DNA of 64,000 nt from Sphyrna mokarran. Lineage: Eukaryota. The notes under the pieces were generated by a model. That model was not told where the DNA came from. It saw only the letters and a list, made by a program, of their open reading frames with translations, and did not search any database. The first letter of the stretch is position 1. Each line of letters opens with the position of its first letter. The position numbers and the translations under genes are program-made. Of this stretch, positions 49,001-58,960 are shown in pieces. The stretch covers positions 32,426,001 through 32,490,000 of the forward strand of contig JAGIQG010000003.1 in assembly GCA_024679065.1 (NCBI GenBank). The letters run 5' to 3'.

Positions 49001-52000
49001 TCTCCAGCCACTGTTGGAACCTCCAACTCAATTGATGAAATTCTGTTTGATGCCTTTATTCTCCAAGTATCCCAGGTGCTGGACTTCTTTGGACTAAGAT
49101 CCAGACTTTTATGAGTGCCTCCTCCAGTACCCAAGGCACTACAACCAGAGCCACTTAATAACTTGAAGCAATATTGAACAAAACATTGGCATCTTAGGAT
49201 GGCACAGTGAATAGCACTGCTCACAGCCCAAGGGATCTGGGTTCAATTCTGGTCTCGGGTTATTGTCTGTATGGAGTTTACACATTCCGCCTGTGTCTGT
49301 GTGGGTATTCTCAGTCGCTGCAGTTTCCTTTTGCAGTCCAAAGATATTAATTGGCCATGGTAAATTGTTTTTTAGTGTCAGTGGGACCAGCAAGATAAAT
49401 ACATGAGGTTATGGTGTTAGGGTCAGGATGGGATTGTCGTTGATGCAGGCTCAATAGGCAGAGTAGCCTCTTTTATGCTGTGTAGGTTTCTACTATTTTA
49501 ATGACTAAAGCTGTGTTTCTGCAACCACGAGCAATCCAATCCTCCCTTGGATATTGAATTGAGGTCATTTGCTGCATGCTGCACAACATAATGTAAAGAG
49601 GGCTGAAGCTGGATGATGAGGAGGACTTGGAATGCCACTGTTCCTTGGAAAAGAAAGGTGTTCCAGAGGAGTCTAGTGACCTGGTACTGGAGGAAATCTG
49701 CTGCGTCCACCCCAAGCCTCCTGGTGAGCAGCAGACTGACACAAATGCAGGCCATGTTGGTTCAGCAACATTTCACCTATTGGTTGTCAGCCCTAATACC
49801 AAATAGTTCTGTCTCTCTCCTTCCCTTAGAGAATGAAATTACCAAGGAGTCTCATTGATGCTCACGTTTTTTCTCTCCATAAATGGTGCCTGACATGCTT
49901 GTGTATTTGCTGCATCTTTTGTTTTTCTCCCCAGCCTTGGTGCTATGAAATCCAACCCCACCACCCCATCCCTCCAGTAACATATGCTGTAAGGCCTTGC
50001 CATCATCGAGCAATGATGATACTTGTCTGTCTGTGTGTGACATGATCTACAGGCTGCTTCACCTGTGTTATTGCAGGGCAATCTCTGTCACATGGCTGTG
50101 TTGCATGATTGGTTCCTTAGCCAAAGGAGCCAAGGAGGTGAAGGATGAGGCTGGTATGCCCTGAGGGGTGACCTCTCACCCCATTCCACCCCAATCCTTT
50201 TCAACAATCTCTGCACTTTTGTGGTGCCCTTGTATACTGGACTGCAGCTGGCAACCATTTGCTGTGCTGTCAGCGATATTGAGAGGTCAGTGCTCCAGAG
50301 TCACGTTTTGTGCATCATGCTGCTCATGCATCCTCTCAATTTGGTACTGCATATGGCCCTCTCAAAATGTTCACTCACTCCTCTCTGGAGGAGCTCAAGT
50401 GCTTAAAATCCTCAGACACCTTGGAGCATTTGTAATGAATGTGCCCGCCCATTGTCTGCCCTCCGGGACTTCTGACCTATGGGACTTCATCTACTTCCTG
50501 CTGTTCCAGGGTGAATAGCCAAGCCGTGGTTTGGAGTGGGAGGGGGGAAGGAAGGAGAAGAGGGGAGGGGGTGTAGGAACCAGGGAGGAAGAAGATCTAA
50601 GAGATAGTAGTAGAAGATTCAATAGTAGGGGATCCAACAGAACATTCTGCAACTGCAGATGTGACTTCAGGATGGCATCTTGGCTTCCTGGTGCCAGGGT
50701 AGGAATGCCACTGGCCGCAGAGCATTCTCGGCAGAGACGGGTTGGGTGAACAGCCAGATAAATGGGGCATTTTCAAGTTGGTAGGCCGTAGCCAGTGGAA
50801 TGCTCCAAAGATCAGTGATGGGGCCTCAACTATTTGCAGTCTATATATGACTTGGAAGAAGAGACTCAGAAAAATGTAGCCAAGTTTGTCGATTATTCAA
50901 AGCTAGGTGATAATGTAAGCTGTGGAAAAGAACATGAAGAACCTGCAAAGACCCAGTTAAGTGAGTGGGCCACAGAGTAGCAAATGGGTTATTTTGTTGC
51001 AGATATATTAATAGTCTTTAAATGTCCCCACAGCTGCCATGGTGGGATTTGAATGCCTGTCTCCAGAGCTTTATTAGTTCAAGCGTCTGGATTGCTATTC
51101 TAGTAACATTACCATTATGATATTGTCTGCACATGATCTGGGATGGATTGCTGAAAGAGTGCTTGAAGCAGTTTTTGTAATAGCTTAGAAAAGGAAATTG
51201 TTTAAATATTTAGAGGAGGGGTGCGAGGATGAATGGAGAGCTGCAGCACTATGGGGAGAGGACAGAAGAACTAGACTGATTGGATAGCTCGTTCATGAAC
51301 CAACAGAGGCATGATAGGGTGAATGGCCTCCTCCTCTACTGTGCTGGTTGCTGTACTGTCAATCCCCCATTGTCTCTTACCCATATATTCACCACTCTTC
51401 AAAGTCAGTAAATCTGAACTGCCTTTTCACGCTCACCATTTTTACAATCTGCAATGATGTTAAATAGACGGACATCTTTCTACGATAAAGGAAGGAATGA
51501 TAGAAGTTTGCGTGCAAATAAAAAGATCTAAAATACAAGTTATCTTGAACTTCAGTAAATGGTCAGAATCTGAAGATAAATTTGATAGAGCCAGTAGGAA
51601 TGTGCTATTTCTACTCTTTAGCAAGTCCCATAGAAATTTTTATAATAACGTTAAAAAAATAGGATTTTCATTCAGTACTATTTGTGCTTTTGATATAGCC
51701 AAATGTGATATAAAATCGCATTTAATCTAAACTTGTAGATGTATCATCTGATCATAAATGGTCAGTTATTAACTATGCAGTTATTTCCCATAATTAGTTT
51801 GAACTGAGTTTTGAGCTTGCCAAGAAATGGCATTCTAAAGTTTCAAAACAAACCATTGGCTATGAAGTAATTGGAGATGATACTGAGGAGGTGGAAGATG
51901 CTAAATAAATGCAAGTTTTTATTTTTTTTTAAATACCTCACACATATTCTTTTTGGTGTCTAAGGAAGAACAGGAAAGAAGGATTGCAATGAACCCTGTG

Positions 52001-55000
52001 ATGACCAGGGAAGATGCGAGCCTAGTCAAAAAGAAAAAGAATGTGTATATGAAGTCTAGGCAACTAAAAACAGATGGAGCTCATGAAGAACATTGGGAAA
52101 GTAGAACAGAACTCGAACAGGGAGTTAGGAGGGCAAAAGGAGGTCATGATATGTCCTTAGCAGGCAGTATTAAACAGAATCCTAAGGCATTTTATACATA
52201 TATTAGGAACAAGAGGGTAGCTAGAGAAAGAGTTGGCCCTCCCAGGAACAAAGGAGGGAAATTATGAGTAGAACCAAAGGAAGCTCTTTAGTTCCTTAAT
52301 GAGATGAGATCCGTAATGAATACTGTGCATTGGTATTTACAAACGTTGATTGGAGAGGTAAGTAAACCCTCTAGAGTAAGTCATCATTTCAAGGGAAGAA
52401 GTATTAGATGCATTAAAAAGCATTAAGATAGACAAATCCCCAGGACTAGATGGCATCTAACGAAGATGAGTGAAAATTACTGGGCCTCTAACAAAAATGT
52501 TTGTTTCCTTGGCCACAGATAAAGTCCCAGAGATTAGCTAATGTTGTCCTGTTATTAAGGAAGGGTAGCAAGGATAATCTGCGTTATTATAGGCCAGTGA
52601 GCTTGATGTCAGTGATAGTGAAATTGTTGGAAAAGATTCTTGGGGGTAGAATCTATACACATTTGGAACTGAATGGTCATATTTGAGATAGACAGCATGA
52701 TTTTATACAAGGGTGGTCATGTCTCACTAATTTGAGCTTTTGAGGATGTTACAAAAATGATTGATGAGGGAAAGGCCATAGATGTTGTTTACATGGACTT
52801 GGATAAAGCATTTGACAGGGTCCTTTATGGCAAGTTGGTGCAAAAGATTAAATCACACAGGATCAGTGGTGAACTAGCTATATGGATTCAGAACTGGCTT
52901 AGTCATAAAAGACTGAGATTAGCGTTGGAAGGGTGTTTTTCTGAATGGAGGTCTGTAGCTAGTGGTGTTCTGCAGGGATCAGTGCTGGGACCTCTGCTGT
53001 TTGTAATATATATAAATGACTTGGAAGAAAATGTAGCTGACCTGATTAGCAAGTTTGTAGATGATGCAAAATTGGTGGAGTTGCAGATAGTGATGAAGAT
53101 TGTTGGAGAATACAGCAGGATATAGGTAGCCTGGAAAATTGGGCAGAGACAAATGCGCGAGATGATGCATCTTGGTAGATCTGACTCAGGTATAAAATAA
53201 ATGGGAGAACCATCAGGATCATAGACACACAGAGAGATCTGGGAGTACAGATCCATTAATCCTTATAAATGGCAACACAGACCGAGAAGACAGTGAACAA
53301 AGCATTTGGCCTGCTTGCCTTCGTTAGCCGGGCATCAAGTTTAAAAGTTGGCAAATTGTTATAGCTATATAAAACGTTGGTTAGGCCACATTTGAAATAC
53401 TGTGTTCAATTCTGGTCACCACACTACCAAAAGCTCATAGAAGCTTTGGAGGGAGTACAGAAAAGGTTTTACTGGAATGTTGCCTGGTATGGAGAGTATT
53501 GGCTATGAGGAGAGATTGAATAAATTGGGATTGTTTTCCCTGAGAAGATGGGGATTGAGGGGTGACCTGATTGAAATTTATAAAATTATGAGGGGCATAG
53601 ATAAGATGAACAGTTAGAAAGTTCTTCTCAGGGCAGAAATGATCATTACAAGGGGGCAGAAGTTCAAGGTAAGGAGAGGTTGGAAGGTTCAGTAGAGATG
53701 TGTGGGGAAAATTCTTTACAGAGTGTGGTGAAGGCCTAGAATGCACTGCCAAATGAGGTGGTTGAGGAGATACATTAGTGACATTTAAGATTTATGGGAA
53801 TAGACACATGAACAGGTGGGGATTAGAGGGATACAGGTGGTTAGTCTAGTAGGACAATGTGATTGATGCAGGCTTTGTGTGCCAAAAAGCCTATTCCTGT
53901 GCTGTACTGTTCTTTGTTCTTTGTATGCTATTGCTTCAAGGCTTGATTGTAGGAGAGCACATCAGAAATTGGACCACAAATTTTCTGTTTTAACATCCCG
54001 CTCATTTCTATGCATTTCTGGTGAGCAGTAGTCTATGTGAAGAGTGTGTACTCATTAAAAATACTTGTTAATTTACTGAGGAAAGGATGAAGTACAGGCA
54101 GTTCTCTGCTGGTTGAACAGGTACCCCTGAGCATAAAATCTAAAAATATTTGATCCAGATTGTCAGCATGAAAACTCATTGTACACTCGCGATGTGATAT
54201 AAACTTGGTTTCAGCTGTTTTCATTGTTTACATTTGAAGTTACAATATTGATTTTATATTTTTTAATAAGTAACTGGACTGGAGTGACAATATAAGACTC
54301 TGATTCTGGGTTAAATTGTTGAACACTGTTGTTTAGTTCTGTTGATGTGTGTTTTTATCTACAGCAAAAGTACTTGGAAGCCTTAAACTCAGAACAGGTA
54401 TGAACTGATGCTACTTCATTTGATACTAATGTTACAAAGGGCTGGGGAAATTGTTTGTTTGTTCATGAGAAAGAATCCCTTTGACTTGAAAATAAAGTTG
54501 ATTCATTTTTTAATATGTCTCATTTTTAAATATTGTTGACTTGGGAAAAGCTAGATATTTCAAAAAATTATAAAAATTTAATGATATCTGACTTCTTCTT
54601 GATGTGCATTATCTCATTGTTTTGGATAGAATTTTTGCAGCTCAGATAAAAGGGATACTGCTCTGTGGTCCTGTATTGACCATATTGCTTCAAGTTAATT
54701 GTAAATCTATTATCTCTGTGACCACGACTGCAGCAAGATTTACAATATAAATATGTGCGAAAGTTAGTGTTTCAACTGAGACAAAATGTGCAATTTTAAA
54801 TTGAATTATTATGTTTTATTTATTTTAATAGATAACATACAGGAATTTTATTGAAATTAAATTTGGAATCTTGTTGAATAATGTACTTGAGCTCAAATAA
54901 CTTTTTTAGCTAGAAGGGATCAGGCCAGGAATGTATCTTTTAACAACTGCAACTTATAACAGCCCTTCAAATTACTGCACATTATAATAAAGGTTGTGGG

Positions 55001-57192
55001 CTGTTCAGTGATTGGCATACTCGGCACAATTTCATTCAATTCTATGTCATGTTTTCATTTTGTATGTGTTTGGTTTAAAATTGTGTTCCACATATTAGTT
55101 TATAAATATTCGTATATAAAATTATTTCAGTCTATGCAGGTATTAGTGCTGCAATGTGAGCAAGTACAAAAAAGCTTGAAAATGTTTCATATGATGATTA
55201 CATATTTGAAAGCTTATAGTAAATCAAATTAGTCCTTTCAGTTCAGCCCTACCAATGTTGAAAACCCTAAATCGTCTATTGGTGACAGAAGGGCAAAATG
55301 TGAAACTTCTGGAAACTTTGTTTCCTAAAGATTTTTGACTGCTTGATAAATCTTAGACTTTCTGATCAGTGAGCCACATTTGATTTGTATTATATTCTCT
55401 CTAGAGACATTTATAAATTTAAATCTGTAAATGAACACAATTAAGGCAGTTGTCTGAAAGTGTCCATTAATTTGTTTATTTACGTGGACTGTGTTCAGTC
55501 CAAGAATTGTCCAGTCTATTAGTACAGTGTCCACTGTTTATAGTGACGTTGTTTGTTCAAGTTAAAATATAACAAGGGCAGATTTTGAACCAACAATATT
55601 ATTTCCAATACCATTTGACTCTGATACATAATGATCATAATTAATATGCCCTGGTTATAGCTTCCTAATTTTTGATATACTTTTGACAAAGTACCAAGAA
55701 ATGTTGCATTAGTTTCAAATACAAAATGTGCCTCATGACTGCAACCTGATATTGCTCATGAAACTACACCAAAGTCTGGGTAGAGTTTATTTTTGAAGCT
55801 AGTGAATTCAGACCATTGAGGGAGCTGGCTATTTGTTGGAGTATGTCTGTTCAAAAGGTGAAAATAACAAAGACATTTTAAATTAATTTGGCCCTGCAGT
55901 CATTTGGATGTTTGACCGTTTGTATTTCTACCAGATTAATCTGACATCTCGTAGAATGGTTGGAAACTTGGAAGTGATGTTTTATTGTTTTAAAAAAAAA
56001 TCAGTGCCATCAATTTCAATTTGTACCTGCAGCTCTACCGCTTTAATATAACTATTTTATTTATTCCTTCAACCACTGAGCAGTGAACAATCCTGCTCTA
56101 GTTTAAACTAATGTGGCTGTTTGAAAAAGCTTGTAAATAGATATAGCTGTTTCTGCACAAAGTAAATGGAGTACTTTAGACAGTCTAATCAGAAAAACTT
56201 TTAAATTGACCTGTAAATGGGTAGTGACATTGTATTTTGACTGATTTTTTTTTTTATATATTGTCTATTTTGAATCTGGCCGCCTTGACCAGGATTTTTA
56301 TTCACTTGATACACCAGGAATGATGTGTAAGATGGTGACAGATTTGGGGAGGAGTGGGGAACCCAGATGTTGGGATTATGTCAAATGCTGTGGAACCTTA
56401 ACAGCGTGCTGATCCTAAGAACTTGGAGATGGTGGTAGGGCAAAGCCTTGAAGGGGATCAGAATCCTGGGTGGAATTGGATACGGGAGCCCATTTTGGAT
56501 GCCTGGTGGAAGGGAAGATTGCTGGATTTGATGAGCCCTCATCTATTTGTAATCTTGGGAAATCCAGCTGACCATGATTAAAGTTGGAAAGTAAATTAGC
56601 AGTTAATACAATCTCACTATTATGTGGCAAGCATAGACCTGCTTTCCTGGAGCTGGTTGCTCACCCATCCGTTCAAGCTTTAAATGTATTTAAAGACGGA
56701 CTTGTATTAGGAATCTGAACACAGTTTTATCCCCACCTGACCCATACCTGCCCATTGTTTCTTTTGGTTAAACTTTCCCCCTTTAAGTACTGGGCTCTGT
56801 ATGCTCCATAAATTTCAGAAATAAATTTATAAATAATGTACATCGTTGACATAAAAGCAATAGGGGCTTATAGAATAGTTTCTGCTAATATCAAATAACA
56901 ACCACATTACTGGTAAAGCTTCCTAAACTATGGTTATCTTTCCTGTTCACAGTGGGATTTTGAAGACATTCCTCAAGAATGGAAAATGACTAGAAGGCAA
57001 CAAGAACAGACTTTAAATCATAGTTCAGATCAGACTGCAATAATCAACATGCAATCCTTTCCTACTAGCATTACCTCAGGTGCATCAACAACTGACTTTT
57101 GGCTCTCTGATACTGAAACTATGATGACTGAAGAGAGAACCTCAGCAATTTTGGCTCAATATGAGGAGGAAGTGAATCGGACTCGACGATGA
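21883..57192 (+). CDS. TMEM44: TMEM44 transmembrane protein 44: join(21883..22079,27220..27346,30103..30196,33297..33448,35618..35704,37234..37404,40235..40378,44093..44197,47012..47188,54365..54397,56953..57192)
   Basis: Exons sum to 1527 nt (508 aa + stop) in one frame with several hydrophobic segments. Recognisable TMEM44 motifs: [78 protein letters not shown]1-TMEM44 adjacency matches the mammalian order as I recall it. Confidence 0.93.
21903..21937 (+). repeat. Compound (GCA)n(ACA)n trinucleotide repeat in TMEM44 exon 1
   Basis: gcagcagacagcagcagcagcaacaacaacaac, encoding [11 protein letters not shown]. Confidence 0.85.
22371..22670 (+). mobile_element. V-SINE, tail type A, relatively intact
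   Basis: Pol III A box TGGCGCAGTGG and B box GGTTCGATTCC; core; tail ...cttgtgacactaatcaataaa. Confidence 0.9.
22822..23975 (-). mobile_element. Family D CR1-clade LINE, 3' region with decayed RT C-terminus
   Basis: Minus-strand ORF pieces [17 protein letters not shown] and [34 protein letters not shown]; tail shared with other copies. Confidence 0.8.
24250..24490 (+). mobile_element. Degenerate DeuSINE-like (SacSINE1/AmnSINE1-type) fragment
   Basis: catctttcagatgaaatgcttaacc...aagatatcacatggaac...acaatgattgtacttcaaaa resembles the Deu domain and tail. Confidence 0.45.
24690..25250 (-). mobile_element. CR1 LINE fragment
   Basis: gagaagaaattc..c..atc...ccctagttctagat...aaggccaacattccatttg pattern, the reverse of the CR1 ORF2 end. 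Confidence 0.7.
26832..27126 (+). mobile_element. V-SINE, tail type A
   Basis: gcggcacagtggttag...gggttcaattcccggcttggg; tail cttgtgactaataaataa. Confidence 0.9.
27220..27346 (+). CDS. TMEM44: TMEM44 exon 2 LFYFRCKRR...[11 protein letters not shown]
   Basis: Pyrimidine tract plus ttcAG; donor GTTAGT. Confidence 0.93.
29583..29822 (-). mobile_element. Partial V-SINE interrupted by an opposite-strand CR1 tail (about 29678-29737)
   Basis: tagaatccctat..tgcaga.gga.gccattc on the minus strand; insert gggccgaagggcctgttc...ttctttgttcttt. Confidence 0.65.
30103..30196 (+). CDS. TMEM44: TMEM44 exon 3 [31 protein letters not shown]
   Basis: Acceptor tccAG; donor G|GTAGA. Confidence 0.92.
30925..31260 (-). 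mobile_element. Degenerate L2-like fragment
   Basis: Similar to 36400-36720 (ttaggcccagacagctg; gactgaagaagttata). Confidence 0.45.
31345..31678 (-). mobile_element. V-SINE (HE1-like) with CR1-type tail
   Basis: cctacagtgc..agaggccatttggccc...tgtgggagaaacccggag...aattgaacctagg. Confidence 0.8.
32597..32958 (+). mobile_element. tRNA-derived SINE sharing the family D LINE tail
   Basis: A-box-like tggcctaatg and B-box-like ggtttgaatccc; 3' gcaataaatgctggcc...atgaataaaaa; reverse fragments near 7400-7580 and 51015-51125. Confidence 0.7.
33297..33448 (+). CDS. TMEM44: TMEM44 exon 4 [10 protein letters not shown]...[12 protein letters not shown]
   Basis: Acceptor atcAG, phase 1; donor GTAAG. Confidence 0.88.
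34696..34872 (-). mobile_element. Partial V-SINE (3' half)
   Basis: catagaatccctacagtgcagaaggaggccatttggcccatcgag. Confidence 0.75.
35618..35704 (+). CDS. TMEM44: TMEM44 exon 5 [29 protein letters not shown]
   Basis: Acceptor tatAG; donor GTAAGT. Confidence 0.92.
35985..36160 (-). mobile_element. Partial palindromic Penelope-like element
   Basis: aaacagaaaatgctggaaaatttcagcaagtctgacagcatctgtggagagag ... gactcgaaatgttagctgtgttctctctccac. Confidence 0.7.
36338..36880 (-). mobile_element. L2-like LINE 3' fragment
   Basis: Minus ORF ...[24 protein letters not shown] (L2 RT C-terminal motif); tail caacaatttgtattgatatagtgcc. Confidence 0.7.
36935..37190 (+). mobile_element. CR1 LINE 3' fragment
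   Basis: tttaaggtgataggagg...tttttttacacagag...ttcctgtgctgtac. Confidence 0.75.
37234..37404 (+). CDS. TMEM44: TMEM44 exon 6 SRGKIASS...[16 protein letters not shown], ending at a U12 donor
   Basis: Acceptor tacAG; followed directly by GTATCCTTT. Confidence 0.92.
37488..38050 (+). mobile_element. CR1 LINE 3' fragment inside the U12 intron
   Basis: [39 protein letters not shown]; tail aatggcctaattctgctcct. Confidence 0.85.
38557..38716 (-). mobile_element. Penelope-like terminal repeat with a hammerhead-like core and short inverted arm
   Basis: Minus strand CTGACGA-a-GGAGC-agt-GCTCC-GAAA (38677-38653); plus-strand truncated CTGATGAAGGAG at 38699. Confidence 0.65.
40235..40378 (+). CDS. TMEM44: TMEM44 exon 7 [11 protein letters not shown]...[10 protein letters not shown]
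   Basis: Acceptor ccAG; donor GTAATG. Confidence 0.9.
40437..40688. mobile_element. Full palindromic Penelope-like element with target-site duplication
   Basis: Long inverted arms centred on tgacccttcatcag-ag-ctgacgaagggtca; flanks TAGTCATGAAAT and TAGTCATAAAAT (11/12). Confidence 0.8.
41020..41540 (+). mobile_element. Degenerate CR1 LINE fragments
   Basis: atgttggcctttattg...catctggaatattgtg; tail aatgaatggcggagcagac...cctattcctgctcctatgttcctat. Confidence 0.7.
42540..42900. mobile_element. Penelope-like element remnant (terminal repeat pieces in both orientations)
   Basis: gatagtaaactcacaagcttt...ccttcgtcaggtgaatgagg also at 58628-58700; ttactgtgtttaccccagtccaacaccggcatctccacatca is the reverse of 38557-38600. 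Confidence 0.6.
43005..43985 (+). mobile_element. Family D LINE fragment split by a nested CR1 insertion
   Basis: Pieces 43005-43278 and 43654-43985 encode ...[17 protein letters not shown]...AVCTVYKIY. Confidence 0.7.
43283..43652 (+). mobile_element. CR1/HER1-like 3' fragment (nested)
   Basis: ctataaaattatgagaggca...ttctttgttctttg; similar to 53575-53925. Confidence 0.85.
44093..44197 (+). CDS. TMEM44: TMEM44 exon 8 [35 protein letters not shown]
   Basis: Acceptor ttttAG; donor GTAAA. Confidence 0.92.
44662..44955 (-). mobile_element. V-SINE, tail type A
   Basis: acaagtaggcttacattaatactgcaatgaagttactgtgaaaatcccctagtcgcc, the reverse of the 22371 copy. Confidence 0.88.
46015..46290 (-). 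mobile_element. Family D LINE 3' end
   Basis: cattcatgggatctgggcat...gctgcagtccatgtggtg. Confidence 0.7.
47012..47188 (+). CDS. TMEM44: TMEM44 exon 9 [14 protein letters not shown]...[31 protein letters not shown]
   Basis: Acceptor tatAG; donor GTAAGC. Confidence 0.92.
48407..48700 (-). mobile_element. V-SINE (HE1-like) with CR1-type tail
   Basis: catagaatcatagaatccctac...gtgggaggaaaccagagcac...gcagcaatgctaacca. Confidence 0.88.
49198..49495 (+). mobile_element. V-SINE (HE1-like), degenerate
   Basis: tggcacagtg..tagcactgc...gggttcaattc...tggagttt.cacatt. Confidence 0.75.
49520..50750 (+). mobile_element. Probable PIF/Harbinger DNA transposon remnant
   Basis: gtc att tgc tgc atg ctg cac aac ata = VICCMLHNI near 49564-49590, the HARBI1/Harbinger transposase C-terminal motif, followed by an acidic stretch; GC-richer than the flanks. 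Confidence 0.5.
50750..50995 (+). mobile_element. CR1 RT fragment
   Basis: Decayed SG.PQ.SV.GP.LF..Y..DL...KFVD region. Confidence 0.7.
51130..51345 (+). mobile_element. CR1 3' fragment
   Basis: ggcatgatagggtgaatggcctcctcctctactgtg tail. Confidence 0.6.
51945..53925 (+). mobile_element. 5'-truncated, decayed CR1/HER1-like LINE (ORF2 reverse transcriptase)
   Basis: ORF pieces [60 protein letters not shown]; stops and frameshifts; tail tgtactgttctttgttcttt. Confidence 0.92.
54365..54397 (+). CDS. TMEM44: TMEM44 33-nt microexon [11 protein letters not shown]
   Basis: tttttatctacAG acceptor; CAG|GTATGA donor; symmetric phase 0. Confidence 0.85.
56953..57192 (+). CDS. TMEM44: TMEM44 last coding exon [11 protein letters not shown]...EEEVNRTRR*
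   Basis: Acceptor ctttcctgttcacAG; stop TGA at 57190-57192. Confidence 0.88.
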   Translation, partial: WDFEDIPQEWKMTRRQQEQTLNHSSDQTAIINMQSFPTSITSGASTTDFWLSDTETMMTEERTSAILAQYEEEVNRTRR

Positions 57193-57241
57193 AAAATCTT
57201 TATTGTCTTAATGTAAATGTGAAACTTTTTTTACATTTTTA

Positions 57242-57247
57242 AATAAA
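57242..57247 (+). terminator. Candidate TMEM44 polyadenylation signal
   Basis: AATAAA 50 nt after the stop, followed by TG/T-rich sequence. Confidence 0.5.
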
Positions 57248-58313
57248 AGTCTGTGTTAAAATGTGTTTTATGATTTATTATGTTTAACTTATGATGTATG
57301 ATATAATAGACATGTATGACTGTTACTTAAAACAGATCTTTGAAATACCTTTTTATATTTGTGTGACTGATTTCTGAGGGAGAAATATTGATAAAAGTAT
57401 ATGTGCAATATATATTTATTGCAATCTTTAAATGCAATCTTTAAATGCTTTGAAGGATGGTTCAGCTCTCTGAGCCGGTCAACTGTTCAACCTTGAAGAT
57501 GTCACAACTGAGCATGATCCTGTTCTCATCTAGCAGTGAACTATAGACATTCTAAACAAGATCACTGGATAATAAAAAGTAATAGCCTTTACTGGATTAT
57601 TATCCTCCTCTCTTGTCCAGGAATACTGAAGTTAATTGTTATTATCTATGAATTAATGTTTTGGATGTAATCTTTCATCTCAACCAACAGATGAAGGGTT
57701 TTATTTAAAGTATTACCATAAGCATTTTCTTCAGACATTGAGTCTTTTGTACATTTGCATCTTTTTTTCCTTTATCCATAGGATTACAGCATTTACAGTT
57801 GAAAAAACATTTTCCTGCAGATCTTTGATTTGTGTTGTTCATGATGATATGGATTCTTTTCTGTTTACAACAAAGGAGTGCCTATAATGTACAGGTGATT
57901 TCATTTGGATTCAAACAATTGAATAAGTTGAATTCCATTGCAATTAAATGGTATCTTTGGACATTTGATGCTCTGAGAATGTAATTTCAAGATTCTGATC
58001 ATTATTCGCTCATGCACATAGTCTTGCCATTTCAAAAACAGTTCAACAAATTAATGTGGATAAAATTTTTAAAATCTGCCCATTTGTTTATCCTGAAAAA
58101 TGACCCAAATAAATCTTGCTATATTCTGAGCAAGAAGCATTTTATTATCTGCTAACTTCAGGAAAGTTGTATGTACTTCGTGTGCATGGAGGATAGGATG
58201 TTGGAGAAAGTATATCAAGTCCAAGATTAGACTTCTCAGAGAGACTGAGGCCTTCAAAAAAAAACATCAAATAGCGTAGAAAAAGATAGGAGACAATTTA
58301 ACTGACATTTTTT

Positions 58314-58578
58314 TTTTTATTAGTGTCACAAGTAGCTTACATTAACACTGCAATGAAGTTACTGTAAAACTCCCCTAGTCACCACACTCAGGCACCTGTT
58401 GGGGTACACTGAAGGAGCATTTCGCATAGCCAATGCATCTAACCAGCATGTCTTTCAGACTGTGGGAGGAATTCAGAGCACCCAAAGGAAACCCATGAAA
58501 ACATGGACAGAACATGCAGACTGCACAAAGATAGTGACCTAAGCCAGGAATCAAACCCAGATCCCTGGCACTGTAAGG
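58314..58578 (-). mobile_element. V-SINE, tail type A
   Basis: tattagtgtcacaagtagcttacattaacactgcaatgaagttactg... Confidence 0.85.
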
Positions 58579-58579
58579 T

Positions 58580-58725
58580 CAGTAAGAAGTCTGACAACAC
58601 CAGGTTTAAATCCAACCGATTTATTTGATAGTAAACTCACAAGCTTTCAACCCTCTGGTCTTCTTCAGGTGAATGAGGTGTTCTGGTCTCAAACAGCACA
58701 CATAACACCACAGACTGTTATGTGT
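58580..58725 (-). mobile_element. Penelope-like terminal repeat fragment
   Basis: cagtaagaagtctgacaacaccaggtt...tttatttg...gctttc...cttcttcaggtg. Confidence 0.6.
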
Positions 58726-58739
58726 GCTGTTTTAAAGGG

Positions 58740-58960
58740 AAAAATCCCTTTATTTCCATCCTATTCATGTACTTGTCAAGATGCCTCTTAAAAGTCACTC
58801 AGTATCTGCTTCCACTACCTCCCCTGGCAACGAGTTCCAGGCACCCACTACACCAAATAAAAAATCTGCCTCGTACATCTTTAAACCTTGTCCCTTGCAC
58901 CTTAAACCTATGTTAGTAATTGACTCCTTGACCTTAGGAAAAAACTTCTGACGATCCACT
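58740..58960 (-). mobile_element. CR1 3' fragment
   Basis: ctattcatgtacttgtcaagatgcctcttaaa...gttccaggcaccca. Confidence 0.7.

Noticed and set aside
52757-53125. Reverse transcriptase ORF as a possible functional or domesticated gene
   Set aside because: Part of a CR1 copy with many stops and frameshifts
57420-57448. 13-nt tandem repeat tgcaatctttaaa x2 downstream of TMEM44
   Set aside because: Ordinary slippage duplication in AT-rich DNA
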